A DNA stretch of 64,000 nucleotides from assembly GCA_900617105.1 (NCBI GenBank), contig UYFQ01000478.1, positions 62,001 to 126,000 of the forward strand, given 5' to 3'. This document shows positions 9,412 to 21,746 of the stretch, piece by piece. The position numbers and the translations under genes are program-made. This DNA is from Hydrurus foetidus. Its lineage: Eukaryota. Under the pieces are notes generated by a model. That model saw nothing but the letters and a program-made list of their open reading frames with translations, was not told the origin of the DNA and ran no database searches. Numbering within the stretch: position 1 is the stretch's first letter; each line of letters starts with the position of its first letter.

Positions 9412-10137
9412 TCAGGCTGGCGTTGCGAAGATGGCCTTCGCTGCCCGCGCACCAAAAATCGCCGTCCCCACCCGCACCATCGTGCTGCCGGCCTGAATGG
9501 CCGCGTCCAGGTCGGCGCTCATACCCATGGAGAGGGTGTCAAAGCGTGCCGCGTGTGGCCCGAGGGCTGATTTCAGGGTATTAAAAAGGGCTGTAGCCTT
9601 TGTATGAACTGCTAAAGCCGCTTCAAAATCAATAGCAGGTTCAGGTATCGTCATCAGGCCACGCAAGGTCAGCCGGGGCAGTGCTGCCACGGCCAGCGCC
9701 AAGGCCTGTGCATCCTCTGGGGCGACGCCCGATTTGGTGTCACCGCCGTCGATGTTGACTTGCAAGCAGACTTGCAAAGGGGGCAAGTCTGCGGGGCGTT
9801 GCTCGCTCAGGCGCTGGGCGATTTTCAGACGGTCAATGCTGTGAACCCAATCAAACTGCTCCGCCACAGGTTTGGTTTTATTGCTTTGGAGGGGGCCTAT
9901 GCAGTGCCATTGCAGCGGCAAATCCCGCAGGGCGGCGATTTTTCCCAGGGCTTCTTGGATGTAGTTTTCACCGAACGCGGTTTGTCCTGCCGCGCAGGCT
10001 TCGCGCAGGGCTGCGGGGCTTTGCGTTTTGGAAACAGCCAAGAGCGTGACGCTGGCCGGGTCACGCTCTGCCTGGGTGCAGGCTTGGGCGATTTGCGCCT
10101 GCACGGCCTGAAGGTTCTGAGCTGTCGTCGAGTTCAT
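9412..10137 (-). CDS. yggS: YggS family PLP homeostasis protein
   Basis: LLAVSKT, FGENYIQE, IGPLQSNK, LSMGMS and VRVGTAIFG motifs; divergent from pilT. Confidence 0.95.
   Translation of the reverse strand: MNSTTAQNLQAVQAQIAQACTQAERDPASVTLLAVSKTQSPAALREACAAGQTAFGENYIQEALGKIAALRDLPLQWHCIGPLQSNKTKPVAEQFDWVHSIDRLKIAQRLSEQRPADLPPLQVCLQVNIDGGDTKSGVAPEDAQALALAVAALPRLTLRGLMTIPEPAIDFEAALAVHTKATALFNTLKSALGPHAARFDTLSMGMSADLDAAIQAGSTMVRVGTAIFGARAAKAIFATPA
9575..9637 (+). repeat. Dispersed ~60-bp repeat, in-frame in yggS
   Basis: AAAAAGGGCTGTAGCCTT..TGCTAAAGCCGCTTCAAAATCAATAGCA; AT-rich patch in a GC-rich gene. Confidence 0.65.
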
Positions 10138-10230
10138 GGTCAAAGTCATCTGCGAGGTAATCGTGGTCATAATTGGTGACGAGCGTATCAAACCCCAAGC
10201 GCACCTTGAGCGTTACCGAAAAAGGACACC

Positions 10231-11274
10231 GTGGACATCACCCAACTGCTGGCCTTCAGCGTCAAAAACAAAGCCTCTGACCTGCACTTATCCGCCGGTC
10301 TGCCGCCCATGATTCGGGTGCATGGCGACGTGCGCCGCATCAACGTGGAGCCGCTTGACCACAAGGCCGTACACGCGATGGTGTACGACATCATGAACGA
10401 CAGCCAGCGCAAGGTGTTTGAAGAGTATCTGGAAATTGATTTTTCTTTTGAGATCGAAGGCTTGGCGCGTTTTCGGGTGAATGCGTTCAACCACCAGCGC
10501 GGGGCGGGCGGTGTGTTCCGAACGATTCCATCCAAAATTTTGTCGCTGGAACAATTGGGCGCGCCCAAAATTTTTGCCGATTTGGCGATGAAGGCGCGGG
10601 GCATGGTGCTGGTGACGGGGCCGACGGGTTCGGGCAAGTCCACCACGCTGGCGGCCATGGTGAACTACCTCAATGAGAACGAATACGGCCACATTCTGAC
10701 GGTGGAAGACCCGATTGAATTCGTCCACGAATCTAAAAAATGCCTGATTAACCAGCGCGAGGTGGGGCCGCACACGCGCAGCTTTGCCGCTGCGCTGAAA
10801 TCGGCGCTGCGCGAAGACCCTGACGCGATTTTGGTGGGCGAAATGCGCGATTTAGAGACGATTCGCCTCGCCATGACGGCGGCTGAAACCGGCCATTTGG
10901 TGTTTGGCACCCTGCACACCAGCAGCGCGGCAAAGACGATTGACCGGATCATTGACGTGTTCCCCGCTGAAGAAAAAGAGATGGTTCGCTCGATGTTGTC
11001 CGAGTCGCTGCAGGCGGTGATCTCGCAAACGCTGTGCAAAACCAAAGACGGCCAAGGTCGCATTGCCGCGCACGAAATCATGATCGGTACGCCGGCCATC
11101 CGCAATTTGATCCGTGAGGGGAAGGTGGCGCAGATGTACTCGTCGATCCAGACCGGTAGCGGTTATGGGATGCAAACGCTGGACCAAAATTTAACGGATT
11201 TGGTCAGACGCAACATCATCTCTGGCGCTGAAGCTCGCGGAAAAGCCAAGACACCCGAAAATTTTCCGAACTAA
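10231..11274 (+). CDS. pilT: Type IV pilus retraction ATPase
   Basis: GPTGSGKSTT, LREDPD and AIRNLIRE motifs. Confidence 0.97.
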   Translation: MDITQLLAFSVKNKASDLHLSAGLPPMIRVHGDVRRINVEPLDHKAVHAMVYDIMNDSQRKVFEEYLEIDFSFEIEGLARFRVNAFNHQRGAGGVFRTIPSKILSLEQLGAPKIFADLAMKARGMVLVTGPTGSGKSTTLAAMVNYLNENEYGHILTVEDPIEFVHESKKCLINQREVGPHTRSFAAALKSALREDPDAILVGEMRDLETIRLAMTAAETGHLVFGTLHTSSAAKTIDRIIDVFPAEEKEMVRSMLSESLQAVISQTLCKTKDGQGRIAAHEIMIGTPAIRNLIREGKVAQMYSSIQTGSGYGMQTLDQNLTDLVRRNIISGAEARGKAKTPENFPN

Positions 11275-11298
11275 TTTTCGAACTAACCAGGATTTGCC

Positions 11299-12433
11299 AT
11301 GGACCGCGATCAGGCCAGTCGTTTTATCAACGACTTACTCACACTTTTGGTCAGCCGCAATGGCAGCGACCTCTTTATCACCGCTGAATTTCCGCCTGCC
11401 ATCAAGGTGGACGGCAAGATCACCAAAGTCTCGCCCCAGGCGCTGGACGCCAGCCACACGATGGCCTTGACCCGATCAGCGATGAGCGACAAACAGGCCT
11501 CGGATTTTGAGCGCACCAAAGAATGCAATTTCGCCATTTCGCCACCAGGCATTGGCCGCTTCCGGGTGAATGCGTTTGTGCAGCAGGGTCGCGTGGGCAT
11601 GGTGATGCGGGTGATCCCGACGGAGCTGCCCACCATTGACGGTCTGGGCTTGCCCCAGGTGCTGAAAGACGTGGCGTTGGTGAAGCGTGGCTTGGTGATT
11701 TTTGTGGGTGGCACGGGCTCGGGCAAGTCCACCAGCCTGGCCGCGATGATCGACTGGCGCAACATCAACACCTACGGCCACATCATCACCGTGGAAGACC
11801 CGGTGGAGTTTGTGCATCCGCATAAAAACTGCATCGTCACCCAGCGTGAAGTGGGGCTGGACACTGACAGCTGGGAGATCGCGCTGAAAAACACGCTGCG
11901 CCAAGCGCCTGATGTGATTTTGATGGGCGAAATCCGTGACCGCGAAACGATGGAGCACGCGGTGGCCTTCGCCGAAACCGGCCACCTGTGCATGGCAACC
12001 CTGCACGCCAACAGCGCCAACCAGGCGCTAGACCGCATCATCAACTTCTTCCCTGAAGAGCGGCGTGCGCAGTTGCTGATGGACTTGTCGCTGAACCTGA
12101 AGGCCTTGGTGTCGCAGCGCCTGATTCCCAAGCAGGACGGCAAGGGCCGCGTGGCCGCCGTGGAAGTGCTGCTCAACTCACCGCTGATCTCTGATTTGAT
12201 CTTCAAGGGCGATGTGACCGAGATCAAAGAGATCATGAAGAAAAGCCGCAACTTAGGCATGCAGACCTTTGACCAGGCGCTGTTTGATCTGTTTGAAGCC
12301 AATACCATCACCTACGAAGACGCACTGCGCAATGCCGATTCGTGAACGATCTGCGCTGCAGATCAAACTGAACAGCCAGCGTGCCAAAGTCACCGATCTG
12401 GCGGCAGGCACCGAAACTTTGCGATTGGTTTGA
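11299..12433 (+). CDS. pilU: Type IV pilus ATPase PilU; last ~30 codons frameshifted
   Basis: GGTGSGKSTS and LRQAPD; the conserved tail NADSVNDLRLQIKL continues in shifted frames after 12340. Confidence 0.9.
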
Positions 12434-12468
12434 GCGTTGCTTTCCTTTCATCGCGCAAGGCGTGCTGT

Positions 12469-13388
12469 ATGTCGTCAATCAACCCCAAAAACTACGAACC
12501 CTACAACCCGCACAAAGTCGCCTTTTTGGGCCTGGGTGTCATGGGCTACCCCATGGCAGGCCACCTGGCACGCGCGGGGCACCAGGTTACGGTGTACAAC
12601 CGAACTGCTACAAATCTGTAGCATGGTGTGCCGATTTGCGCGGGCTAGCAGATGGGTACAACATGCGGAACACCCTGCCTGCGCTGCAGGTGCGGACATG
12701 TTTTTTGCTGCGTGGGCAACGACGACGACCTGCGCAGCGTGGTGCTGGGTTCCGCACGGTGCACGGCGCTTTTGCCGGCATGAAGCCCGGCGCCATGTTG
12801 GTTGACCACACCACCGCCTCGGCTGAGGTCGCGCGTGAACTGAGCGCCATCGCCAAAGCGCGGGGCCTTCACTTCATCGACGCGCCGGTCTCCGGCGGCC
12901 AAGCCGGTGCCCAAAACGGCATGCTGACGGTGATGTGCGGCGGCGATGCGGATGCGTTTGAGGCCGTCAAGCCTGCAGCCATGGCGTTCTCACGGGCTTT
13001 TACGCTCTTGGGTGAGAGTGGTGCGGGTCAGCTCGCCAAGATGGTGAACCAGATCTGCATCGCCGGGCTGGTGCAGGGCCTGTCCGAAGCCGTGGCCTTT
13101 GGTCTGCGCGCCGGGCTGGACATGAACCAGGTGCTGGATGTGATTGGCAAGGGTGCAGCCCAAAGCTGGCAGATGGACAACCGCGGCAAGACCATGGTGG
13201 CGGACAAGTTCGACTTTGGCTTTGCGGTGGACTGGATGCGCAAGGACTTGGGCCTGGTGCTGGACGAGGCCAAGCGCAATGGTGCTCGCCTGCCGGTGAC
13301 TGCGCTGGTGGACCAGTTCTATGCCGATGTGCAGCAGATGGGCGGCCAGCGCTGGGACACCAGCAGCCTGATCAAACGCCTGAAATAG
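12469..13388 (+). CDS. 3-hydroxyisobutyrate dehydrogenase / tartronate semialdehyde reductase family; 5' part frameshifted
   Basis: VAFLGLGVMGYPMA, DAPVSGGQAGA and KMVNQI motifs; indels at 12610-12780. Confidence 0.85.
12606..12662 (-). repeat. Dispersed repeat in the dehydrogenase gene
   Basis: Reverse complement CTGCTAGCCCGCG..GCTACAGATTTGTAGCA. Confidence 0.6.
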
Positions 13389-13408
13389 GTTGTTTGAACC
13401 CTCCAAGC

Positions 13409-13433
13409 AAAACGGCCCTGAACGGGCCGTTTT

Positions 13434-13435
<2 letters not shown>
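13409..13435. terminator. Bidirectional intrinsic terminator
   Basis: AAAACGGCCC-TGAAC-GGGCCGTTTTTT between convergent genes. Confidence 0.8.
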
Positions 13436-15486
<2,051 letters not shown>

Positions 15487-15517
15487 GGCGATCGCCCTTT
15501 CATGCACCTAGCGCGCA

Positions 15518-17206
15518 GTGGCGGCTAATGCTAATCTCATCAAACTTGCATTGCAACACTGCAATCGTCGCCCACTCCCTACTGAAGCGCATACGCCGTT
15601 GACGCCCCATCCATCCTCCTGGTTGAACCACTTGCGACGCAGTAGCCTGTGGGACCACCGCTGGCAGTCGCTGCGCGTGGTCATTGCACTCACCGTGGTG
15701 GTGGGCATCGTCCTGGCGTCACTCATCGCCTACCTGGAACAATCGTCCCGCTTCCGGGAGGACCATGCGGTCCAGATTGAGCAAGCGCTGGCGCGCTTGA
15801 CGGACCTAACCGCGCTGGCCCTACGCGAACCTCTGTGGCAATTTGCCCCCGAACAGGCAGACTCCATCATTGAAGCCGCCTTCGTCAACCCCGACGTGAT
15901 ATCCATCGTGGTGTGGGACAGCGGGGGCATCCCATTCGCCACCCGCCAACGCAGCGACAAGGCGGCAACCTCCAGCACCACGGCGACGCGCAGCATTGCG
16001 CGCGACGCCGTGGTGGTCGGCAAGATCACCATCCAGATGTCCACTGCGGGCTATGAGCGCCTGCTGGTGAGTGCGCGCCGGCAGTACGTGCGTAGCGGCC
16101 TGTTGATTGGAGTGCCCGCGCTGGTGATGATTCTTTTGTTGCTGCATTGGCGGCTGGTGCGGCCGTTGAACACGCTGGTGCGCGCATCCAAGCGCATCCA
16201 GAACGGGCAGCTGGACACACCCATTCGGCGGGTGTACCCCGACGAAGTGGGTGAGCTGGCGCAGAGCCTCGAAGCCACGCGCCGGGCGCTCGTGGAACTG
16301 GTCGCCGAACTGGAACACCGCAACCAGGCACTGGTGCAGTCCAACGAGACGCTGGAGCAGCGTGTGGCGGAACGCACCCAGTCCTTGCAAACCGCACTGG
16401 CGACCTTGGAACGTGCCCAGCAGGAGATTATGAAAACAGAGAAGTTGGCCTCACTCGGGCGAGTTGTGGCGGGGGTGGCCCACGAGCTGAACACCCCGAT
16501 TGGCAACGCGCTGACGGTGGTGTCTACCATCCAGTTCGACCTCCACACGTTACGGGAGCAGGTGGTCGGCGGGACACTGCGCCGCTCCACCATGGACCAC
16601 TATGCCGAACGTGCGGACGAGGGTTTGTCCATGGCGGTGTCCAACCTGCAAAGGGCCGCCGGTTTGATTGCCGACTTCAAGCAGGTGTCAGTGGACCAGA
16701 GCAGCGACCAGCGCCGCGCCTTCGGCTTGTCTGATGTCTCCCGCGAAGTGCTCAACATGCTGACACCCGCGTTGCGCCAGGCCGGTTGCGAACTGGAATG
16801 CGCGTTTGAAGACGGCCTGTCCTGCGATGGTTTCCCGGGGCGCTACGCCCAAGTGCTGACCAATATTGTGATGAACTCCGTCAAACATGCGTTCACACCC
16901 GGCACCACTGGAAAAATCATGGTGCGAACGACTGCCCACGATGCCGAATCCGTTTGCCTAACCGTGACGGACAACGGCGTAGGCATGGACGAAGACACAC
17001 GCCAGCGGGTCTTCGACCCTTTTTTCACCACCAAGATGGGGCGCGGGGGTACCGGTCTGGGCATGAACATCGTGCACACCATCGTCACACGCATCTTGGG
17101 TGGCCACGTCACCGTCACCAGCAAGCCCGGCCAGGGCACCAAGGTGGAGGTGGTGTTCAGCCGCGTCGCACCGCACGCCACCGAAGAGGCGGTACCGCCC
17201 GCTTAA
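15518..17206 (+). CDS. Sensor histidine kinase (TM-HAMP-HisKA-HATPase); true start probably downstream
   Basis: EKLASLGRVVAGVAHELNTP, DNGVGM and FDPFFTTK..GTGLG. Confidence 0.9.
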   Translation: MAANANLIKLALQHCNRRPLPTEAHTPLTPHPSSWLNHLRRSSLWDHRWQSLRVVIALTVVVGIVLASLIAYLEQSSRFREDHAVQIEQALARLTDLTALALREPLWQFAPEQADSIIEAAFVNPDVISIVVWDSGGIPFATRQRSDKAATSSTTATRSIARDAVVVGKITIQMSTAGYERLLVSARRQYVRSGLLIGVPALVMILLLLHWRLVRPLNTLVRASKRIQNGQLDTPIRRVYPDEVGELAQSLEATRRALVELVAELEHRNQALVQSNETLEQRVAERTQSLQTALATLERAQQEIMKTEKLASLGRVVAGVAHELNTPIGNALTVVSTIQFDLHTLREQVVGGTLRRSTMDHYAERADEGLSMAVSNLQRAAGLIADFKQVSVDQSSDQRRAFGLSDVSREVLNMLTPALRQAGCELECAFEDGLSCDGFPGRYAQVLTNIVMNSVKHAFTPGTTGKIMVRTTAHDAESVCLTVTDNGVGMDEDTRQRVFDPFFTTKMGRGGTGLGMNIVHTIVTRILGGHVTVTSKPGQGTKVEVVFSRVAPHATEEAVPPA

Positions 17207-17592
17207 CTGGCGTCAAACGCGGCTTGCAGCCACTGTATCTGGTCATCGTCTAGCACCACGACATCAAAGCGGCACGGTGGCAGCGTGCGCAGGCGCAGCA
17301 GGTAGTGCTGGGCCGCAAAGATGATGCGCCGCTGCTTGGTCGCGCTGACGCTGGCCGCCCCACCTCCGTGCTGGGTGGACGCCCGTTTGCGCACCTCCAC
17401 AAACACCAGCGTGCCATCGGGTGCGCGCATGATCAGGTCGATTTCTCCGCCACCGCGCCCGGGGGTTCGATAATTGCGCTCGACCAGTAGCAGCCCCTGC
17501 GCCTGCAAATAGCGCAGCGCCGTGGCTTCTCCTGCGTCCCCCAGTTGTTTGGTGGTGACGCTTGGTTTTGGTCGTGTTGGAAAGAAACCCAT
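17203..17592 (-). CDS. yraN: YraN family protein
   Basis: GE..A..YL, ERNYR, GEIDLI, FVEVR and RFDVV motifs. Confidence 0.9.
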   Translation of the reverse strand: MGFFPTRPKPSVTTKQLGDAGEATALRYLQAQGLLLVERNYRTPGRGGGEIDLIMRAPDGTLVFVEVRKRASTQHGGGAASVSATKQRRIIFAAQHYLLRLRTLPPCRFDVVVLDDDQIQWLQAAFDAS

Positions 17593-18504
17593 ATGAGTGC
17601 GTCTTTTATCTCTGCCCTGTCTGCCGCCAAAGAGGCGGCCGGTGCGCAGCATTATCCGCAGGGCGCGCTGTACCTGGTGGCCACCCCGATCGGCAACCTG
17701 GCCGACATCAGCCTGCGCGCACTGCATGTGCTGGCGCTGGCCGACACCATTGCCTGCGAAGACACGCGCCACACCCAGCAACTGCTGCGCGCCTACGGCA
17801 TCGACAAATCATCCGGTCAGCTGCTGGCCGTGCACCAGCACAACGAGGCCCAAGCCGCCGAGGTGGTGGTGGACCGGCTGCGCCAAAACCAGCGTGTGGC
17901 CTACGTCAGCGACGCGGGCACCCCCGGCATCAGCGACCCCGGTGCCCGACTGGTGACGCAGGTGCGCGCCGCGGGCCTGCGCAGCATTCCCTTGCCCGGC
18001 GCCAGCAGCGTCACCACCGCCCTATGCGCGGCGGGCCTGGCCGAAGGTGGGGATGGACACAGCGGTTTTGTGTTCAGAGGGTTTCTGTCGTCCAAGGCCA
18101 CCGAGCGCGCACACGAGGTGCAGGTGCTGGCCGAAGAGCGCCGCGCCGTGGTGCTGCTGGAGGCCCCCCACCGCATTGAGGCGCTGGCATTGGCACTGGC
18201 GCCACTGGGCGCGCGGCTGGTCACCGTGGGGCGTGAGCTGACCAAACAATTTGAAGAGATTGCCACGGTGGCAGCCGCCGAGTTTGAGGCCTGGTTGGCG
18301 GCCGATGCCAACCGGCTGCGTGGAGAGTTCGCGCTGGTGGTTCACCCTGCCCCAGCCAGCGCCGCCCAGGCGCCGGACGACCGGGTGCTCAAACTACTAC
18401 TGGCCGAGCTGCCACTCAAAACCGCGGTCAAACTGGCGGCGGACATCACGGGCGAAGCCCGCAACGGGCTGTATGGGCGTGCCCTTGCCATGAAGCAAGG
18501 GTAG
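17593..18504 (+). CDS. rsmI: 16S rRNA C1402 2'-O-methyltransferase
   Basis: LYLVATPIGNLADI, CEDTR, SDAGTPGISDPG and RELTK motifs. Confidence 0.95.
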   Translation: MSASFISALSAAKEAAGAQHYPQGALYLVATPIGNLADISLRALHVLALADTIACEDTRHTQQLLRAYGIDKSSGQLLAVHQHNEAQAAEVVVDRLRQNQRVAYVSDAGTPGISDPGARLVTQVRAAGLRSIPLPGASSVTTALCAAGLAEGGDGHSGFVFRGFLSSKATERAHEVQVLAEERRAVVLLEAPHRIEALALALAPLGARLVTVGRELTKQFEEIATVAAAEFEAWLAADANRLRGEFALVVHPAPASAAQAPDDRVLKLLLAELPLKTAVKLAADITGEARNGLYGRALAMKQG

Positions 18505-18508
18505 TGGA

Positions 18509-19141
18509 TCAGGCCTGCAGCCAGGCCTGCACGTAGGCGCGTCCGCGCACCAGCACGTCTGCGGCAGACGCACCTGGCGCAAACAGCTGGCCGCCAATAC
18601 CAAAGCCAGTGGCACCGGCTTTTTTCCACGGGCCCATGTTCTCCGGCGTGATGCCTCCCACAGGCCACAAATCGGTCCCGGCGGGCAATACGGATTTCAG
18701 TGCCTTGATCCCACCATGACCCACCATCTCGGCGGGGAACAGCTTGAGCGCGTGGGCGCCTGCCTGCAGGGCTGCAAATGCTTCGGTGGGCGTGGCCACA
18801 CCGGGAGCGCACAGCATGCCCAACGCCACGGCGCGGCGAATCACCGCCACATCGCAATTGGGCGAGACCATGAGGCGGCCGCCGGCGGCGTGCACCGCCT
18901 CTACATCGGCCACGGTCAGCATGGTGCCGCCGCCCACGATGGCGTCGGCAGGCAGAGTGCGCGCCAGCGTGGCAATGCACTCCAGCGCACCCGGGCGGTT
19001 CAGCGGCACTTCCAGCGTGCGAAAGCCGCTCTCGACCAGCGCTTCCCCCACGGCCTGCGCTTCGGCAGGCACCAGCCCGCGCAGGATAGCTACCAGGGGG
19101 GTGCCGCGCGCACGCGCCAGCAGTTCAAGGGAATCGCTCAT
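18509..19141 (-). CDS. dgoA: 2-dehydro-3-deoxy-6-phosphogalactonate aldolase
   Basis: LVAILRG, EVPLN, TPTEAFAAL, LKLFPAE and VGGI motifs; follows dgoK. Confidence 0.88.
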   Translation of the reverse strand: MSDSLELLARARGTPLVAILRGLVPAEAQAVGEALVESGFRTLEVPLNRPGALECIATLARTLPADAIVGGGTMLTVADVEAVHAAGGRLMVSPNCDVAVIRRAVALGMLCAPGVATPTEAFAALQAGAHALKLFPAEMVGHGGIKALKSVLPAGTDLWPVGGITPENMGPWKKAGATGFGIGGQLFAPGASAADVLVRGRAYVQAWLQA

Positions 19142-20079
19142 AGGGGTTTCCAGTTCAGATGAATGTGGTGGACGGCCGCCACAAAGGCGGCCTTGGCATC
19201 GAGGATGTCAAACGACAGGCCCAAATGTTGGGCTGCGGTTTGGTAATGGGCCGCCAGCTGTGGCGAACCTAACAGTTTGAACGTACCTTGGGGACCGTTG
19301 CCGGTGCTGCCCTGCAGTACGTCTTTGAGTTCGGTACCGATTAGCAAGCCGCTAAGGTACGCGGTGGTGCTGGAGGCAGGCATATCCTTGCAGACCACGC
19401 GTGCCCGGACGCTGAAAATCTGGTGGCTGAGCGCATGGTGGCCTGCGGCCTTCACGCCTTCGGCAAAGGCCGCTTCATCCCATACCTGGGCCGCACCACC
19501 GGCTGCTGCGGCCACGGTGCCATGTTTGCTGAGCAAGTCAAACAACTCACCGGTCATGTAGGTGCGCAACTGCACCACACGGCCTTCTTGCAACTCCACC
19601 CATTTGCTATGGGTACCGGGCAGCACGAACCAGCCGCTGCGGTGGCCCAGCGCCCAAGCGCCCAGCAGCTGGGTCTCTTCACCGCGCATGACGTCCGGCA
19701 GGCCTGCGGCGTTGCGCACACGGTAGCCCGGAATGATGATGGCGGACACACCCGCTGCGGCATCGGGCACCCGCATGGCATGGGCGGCCAGGTCCTGCAC
19801 GGGCACGCTGCTGTCGACATACGGTACCTCGTGCCACCCCAGTGCGCTGCCGACCATGCCAGCCAGCACCACGCCTGTGCCCTGCACGTCCAGCGCCTGC
19901 AAAGCAGCATCCAGCGCGGCGGGAAAGCGGCCCTTGCAGGCCAAGGCGCCATCAGAATCGGAGATTTCGCGGGCGCACAAGCCATCGCTTGTGATGGCAT
20001 AGGCACGGCGATGGGTGGTGCCCCAGTCCACACCGACAATGGAAACAGCAGGGTTGGCGGCCATATTTTTGGAGTTCAC
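19138..20079 (-). CDS. dgoK: 2-dehydro-3-deoxygalactonokinase
   Basis: DWGTT, DVMRGEETQ, PGTHSKW and MTGELF motifs. Confidence 0.9.
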   Translation of the reverse strand: MNSKNMAANPAVSIVGVDWGTTHRRAYAITSDGLCAREISDSDGALACKGRFPAALDAALQALDVQGTGVVLAGMVGSALGWHEVPYVDSSVPVQDLAAHAMRVPDAAAGVSAIIIPGYRVRNAAGLPDVMRGEETQLLGAWALGHRSGWFVLPGTHSKWVELQEGRVVQLRTYMTGELFDLLSKHGTVAAAAGGAAQVWDEAAFAEGVKAAGHHALSHQIFSVRARVVCKDMPASSTTAYLSGLLIGTELKDVLQGSTGNGPQGTFKLLGSPQLAAHYQTAAQHLGLSFDILDAKAAFVAAVHHIHLNWKPL

Positions 20080-20105
20080 AGTGAATGTTCAGGCAAATTT
20101 AAACA

Positions 20106-20115
20106 TATGATGATT
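20106..20115. promoter_or_regulatory. Candidate operator TATGATGATT (second copy at 20913-20922)
   Basis: An identical 10-mer lies in both intergenic regions flanking the FadR-family regulator. Confidence 0.45.
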
Positions 20116-20153
20116 AAACTCGATTTCATCGGTTGACCCCACCACCCTGCCCC

Positions 20154-20888
20154 ATGAAACCCTCCGCAGCCCCCTCACATGCCACCTATGCCGGGCGCAA
20201 CCTGCATGGCCAGGTGGTGAATGAACTCGGGCGTCGGGTGGTCGGCGGCATCTACGCCGCCGGGGCCTTGCTGCCCAATGAAGACCAGCTCAGCGTCGGT
20301 CTGGCTGTCAGCCGCACGGCGCTGCGCGAAGCCATCAAGGTGCTGGCGGCCAAAGGCCTGCTGGAGCCGCGCCCGCGCATTGGCACCCGCGTGCGCCCCA
20401 CCGAACAGTGGAACCTGCTGGACCCCGACATCCTGGCCTGGCGCTGCGCCACGGGCGCCGATGCCGAATTCCTGCAGCACCTGACCGAGTTGCGCGAAAT
20501 CATCGAACCCTCTGCCGCCGCACTTGCCGCCACCAGCCACAAGCCCGAGCAGCTGGCCGACATTGCCCGCGCGCTGGATGCCATGCAAGAGGCCAGCCAC
20601 ATCAGCGAATGGGTGCAGGCGGACCTGGCCTTCCACACCGCCGTGCTCAAGGCCACCAATAACCCGCTTCTGATGCCACTCGCCGCCATCATCGGCAGCG
20701 CGCTGGAGTCACTGCTGGCCGTGAGCGCGCGCACCTCCGAAAACTTCAAACAGGCGTTGCCGGACCACCAAAAAGTGTTTGAGGCCATCCAGGCCCGCGA
20801 CGCCCAGAGTGCCTTGCACCGCATGGCCGGCATGTTGTCGGACACCCGCTCACTAATGAAACGCGCGGTGATTCCGCCATCCGTGTGA
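20154..20888 (+). CDS. GntR/FadR family regulator (DgoR-like)
   Basis: LPNE..VSRTALREA HTH, WNLLDPDIL and FCD domain ADLAFH. Confidence 0.88.
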   Translation: MKPSAAPSHATYAGRNLHGQVVNELGRRVVGGIYAAGALLPNEDQLSVGLAVSRTALREAIKVLAAKGLLEPRPRIGTRVRPTEQWNLLDPDILAWRCATGADAEFLQHLTELREIIEPSAAALAATSHKPEQLADIARALDAMQEASHISEWVQADLAFHTAVLKATNNPLLMPLAAIIGSALESLLAVSARTSENFKQALPDHQKVFEAIQARDAQSALHRMAGMLSDTRSLMKRAVIPPSV

Positions 20889-20966
20889 TTTTCGTGCGAT
20901 TCGCTTTATTTGTATGATGATTTAGCCATTCCCATTACAATTTACAGGCAACTTCCCCACATTCCT

Positions 20967-21746
20967 ATGCAAACCCAAACCCTTTCCACATTTGCAAAGT
21001 ACCCCAGCTTGGCCGGGCGCACGGTCTTTGTCACCGGCGGCAGCTCCGGCATTGGCGCGGACATCGTGATCGCGTATGCCCGCCAGGGCGCGCAAGTGGC
21101 CTTCACGGGCCGTAACGCCGAATCGGCCACCCAGGTGATTGAAGCCGCTTCGGCATTTGGGCCCACGCCGCTGTTCTTGCAGAGCGATGCCGCCGACGTG
21201 GCCGCGCTGAAAGCTGCCATTGCCACCACCGCAGAGCGCTTTGGCGACATCAGCGTGCTGGTGAACAACGTCGCCAACGACCAGCGCCACAACCTGGCCG
21301 ATGTGACCCCCGACGACTTTGACTGGCGTGTGTCCATCAACCTGCGCCCCGCCTTCTTTGCGGCACAGTCGGTGGTGGAAGGCATGAAGCGACTGGGTGG
21401 CGGTTCCATCGTGAACCTGGGCTCCATTAGCTGGATGATCAAGGGCGCGGGCTACCCTGTGTATGCCACCTGCAAATCGGCCACCGTCGGCCTGTCGCGC
21501 AGCCTGGCACGGGACCTGGGCAAGCTCAATATCCGTGTGAACACCCTGTCACCCGGCTGGATCATGACCGAGAAGCAGCTCACCATGTGGGTAGACGAAG
21601 CCGGCGAAAAAGCCATGGACGAGAACCAATGCCTGCCCGGACGCATTGTGGGCAGCGACGTCGCCAACATGGCGCTGTTCCTGTCGGCCGATGACAGCCG
21701 CATGGTGACGGCACAAGATTTTGTGGTGGACGCCGGATGGACCTGA
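20967..21746 (+). CDS. SDR sugar dehydrogenase (aldose 1-dehydrogenase type)
   Basis: YPSL..TGGSSGIG, NNVAND and YATCK (YxxxK). Confidence 0.85.
   Translation: MQTQTLSTFAKYPSLAGRTVFVTGGSSGIGADIVIAYARQGAQVAFTGRNAESATQVIEAASAFGPTPLFLQSDAADVAALKAAIATTAERFGDISVLVNNVANDQRHNLADVTPDDFDWRVSINLRPAFFAAQSVVEGMKRLGGGSIVNLGSISWMIKGAGYPVYATCKSATVGLSRSLARDLGKLNIRVNTLSPGWIMTEKQLTMWVDEAGEKAMDENQCLPGRIVGSDVANMALFLSADDSRMVTAQDFVVDAGWT

Noticed and set aside
12340..12780. Multiple frameshifts in the pilU tail and dehydrogenase 5' end as programmed frameshifting or pseudogenisation
   Set aside because: Dense small deletions span two unrelated conserved genes with otherwise intact sequence; local low-quality consensus is more likely.
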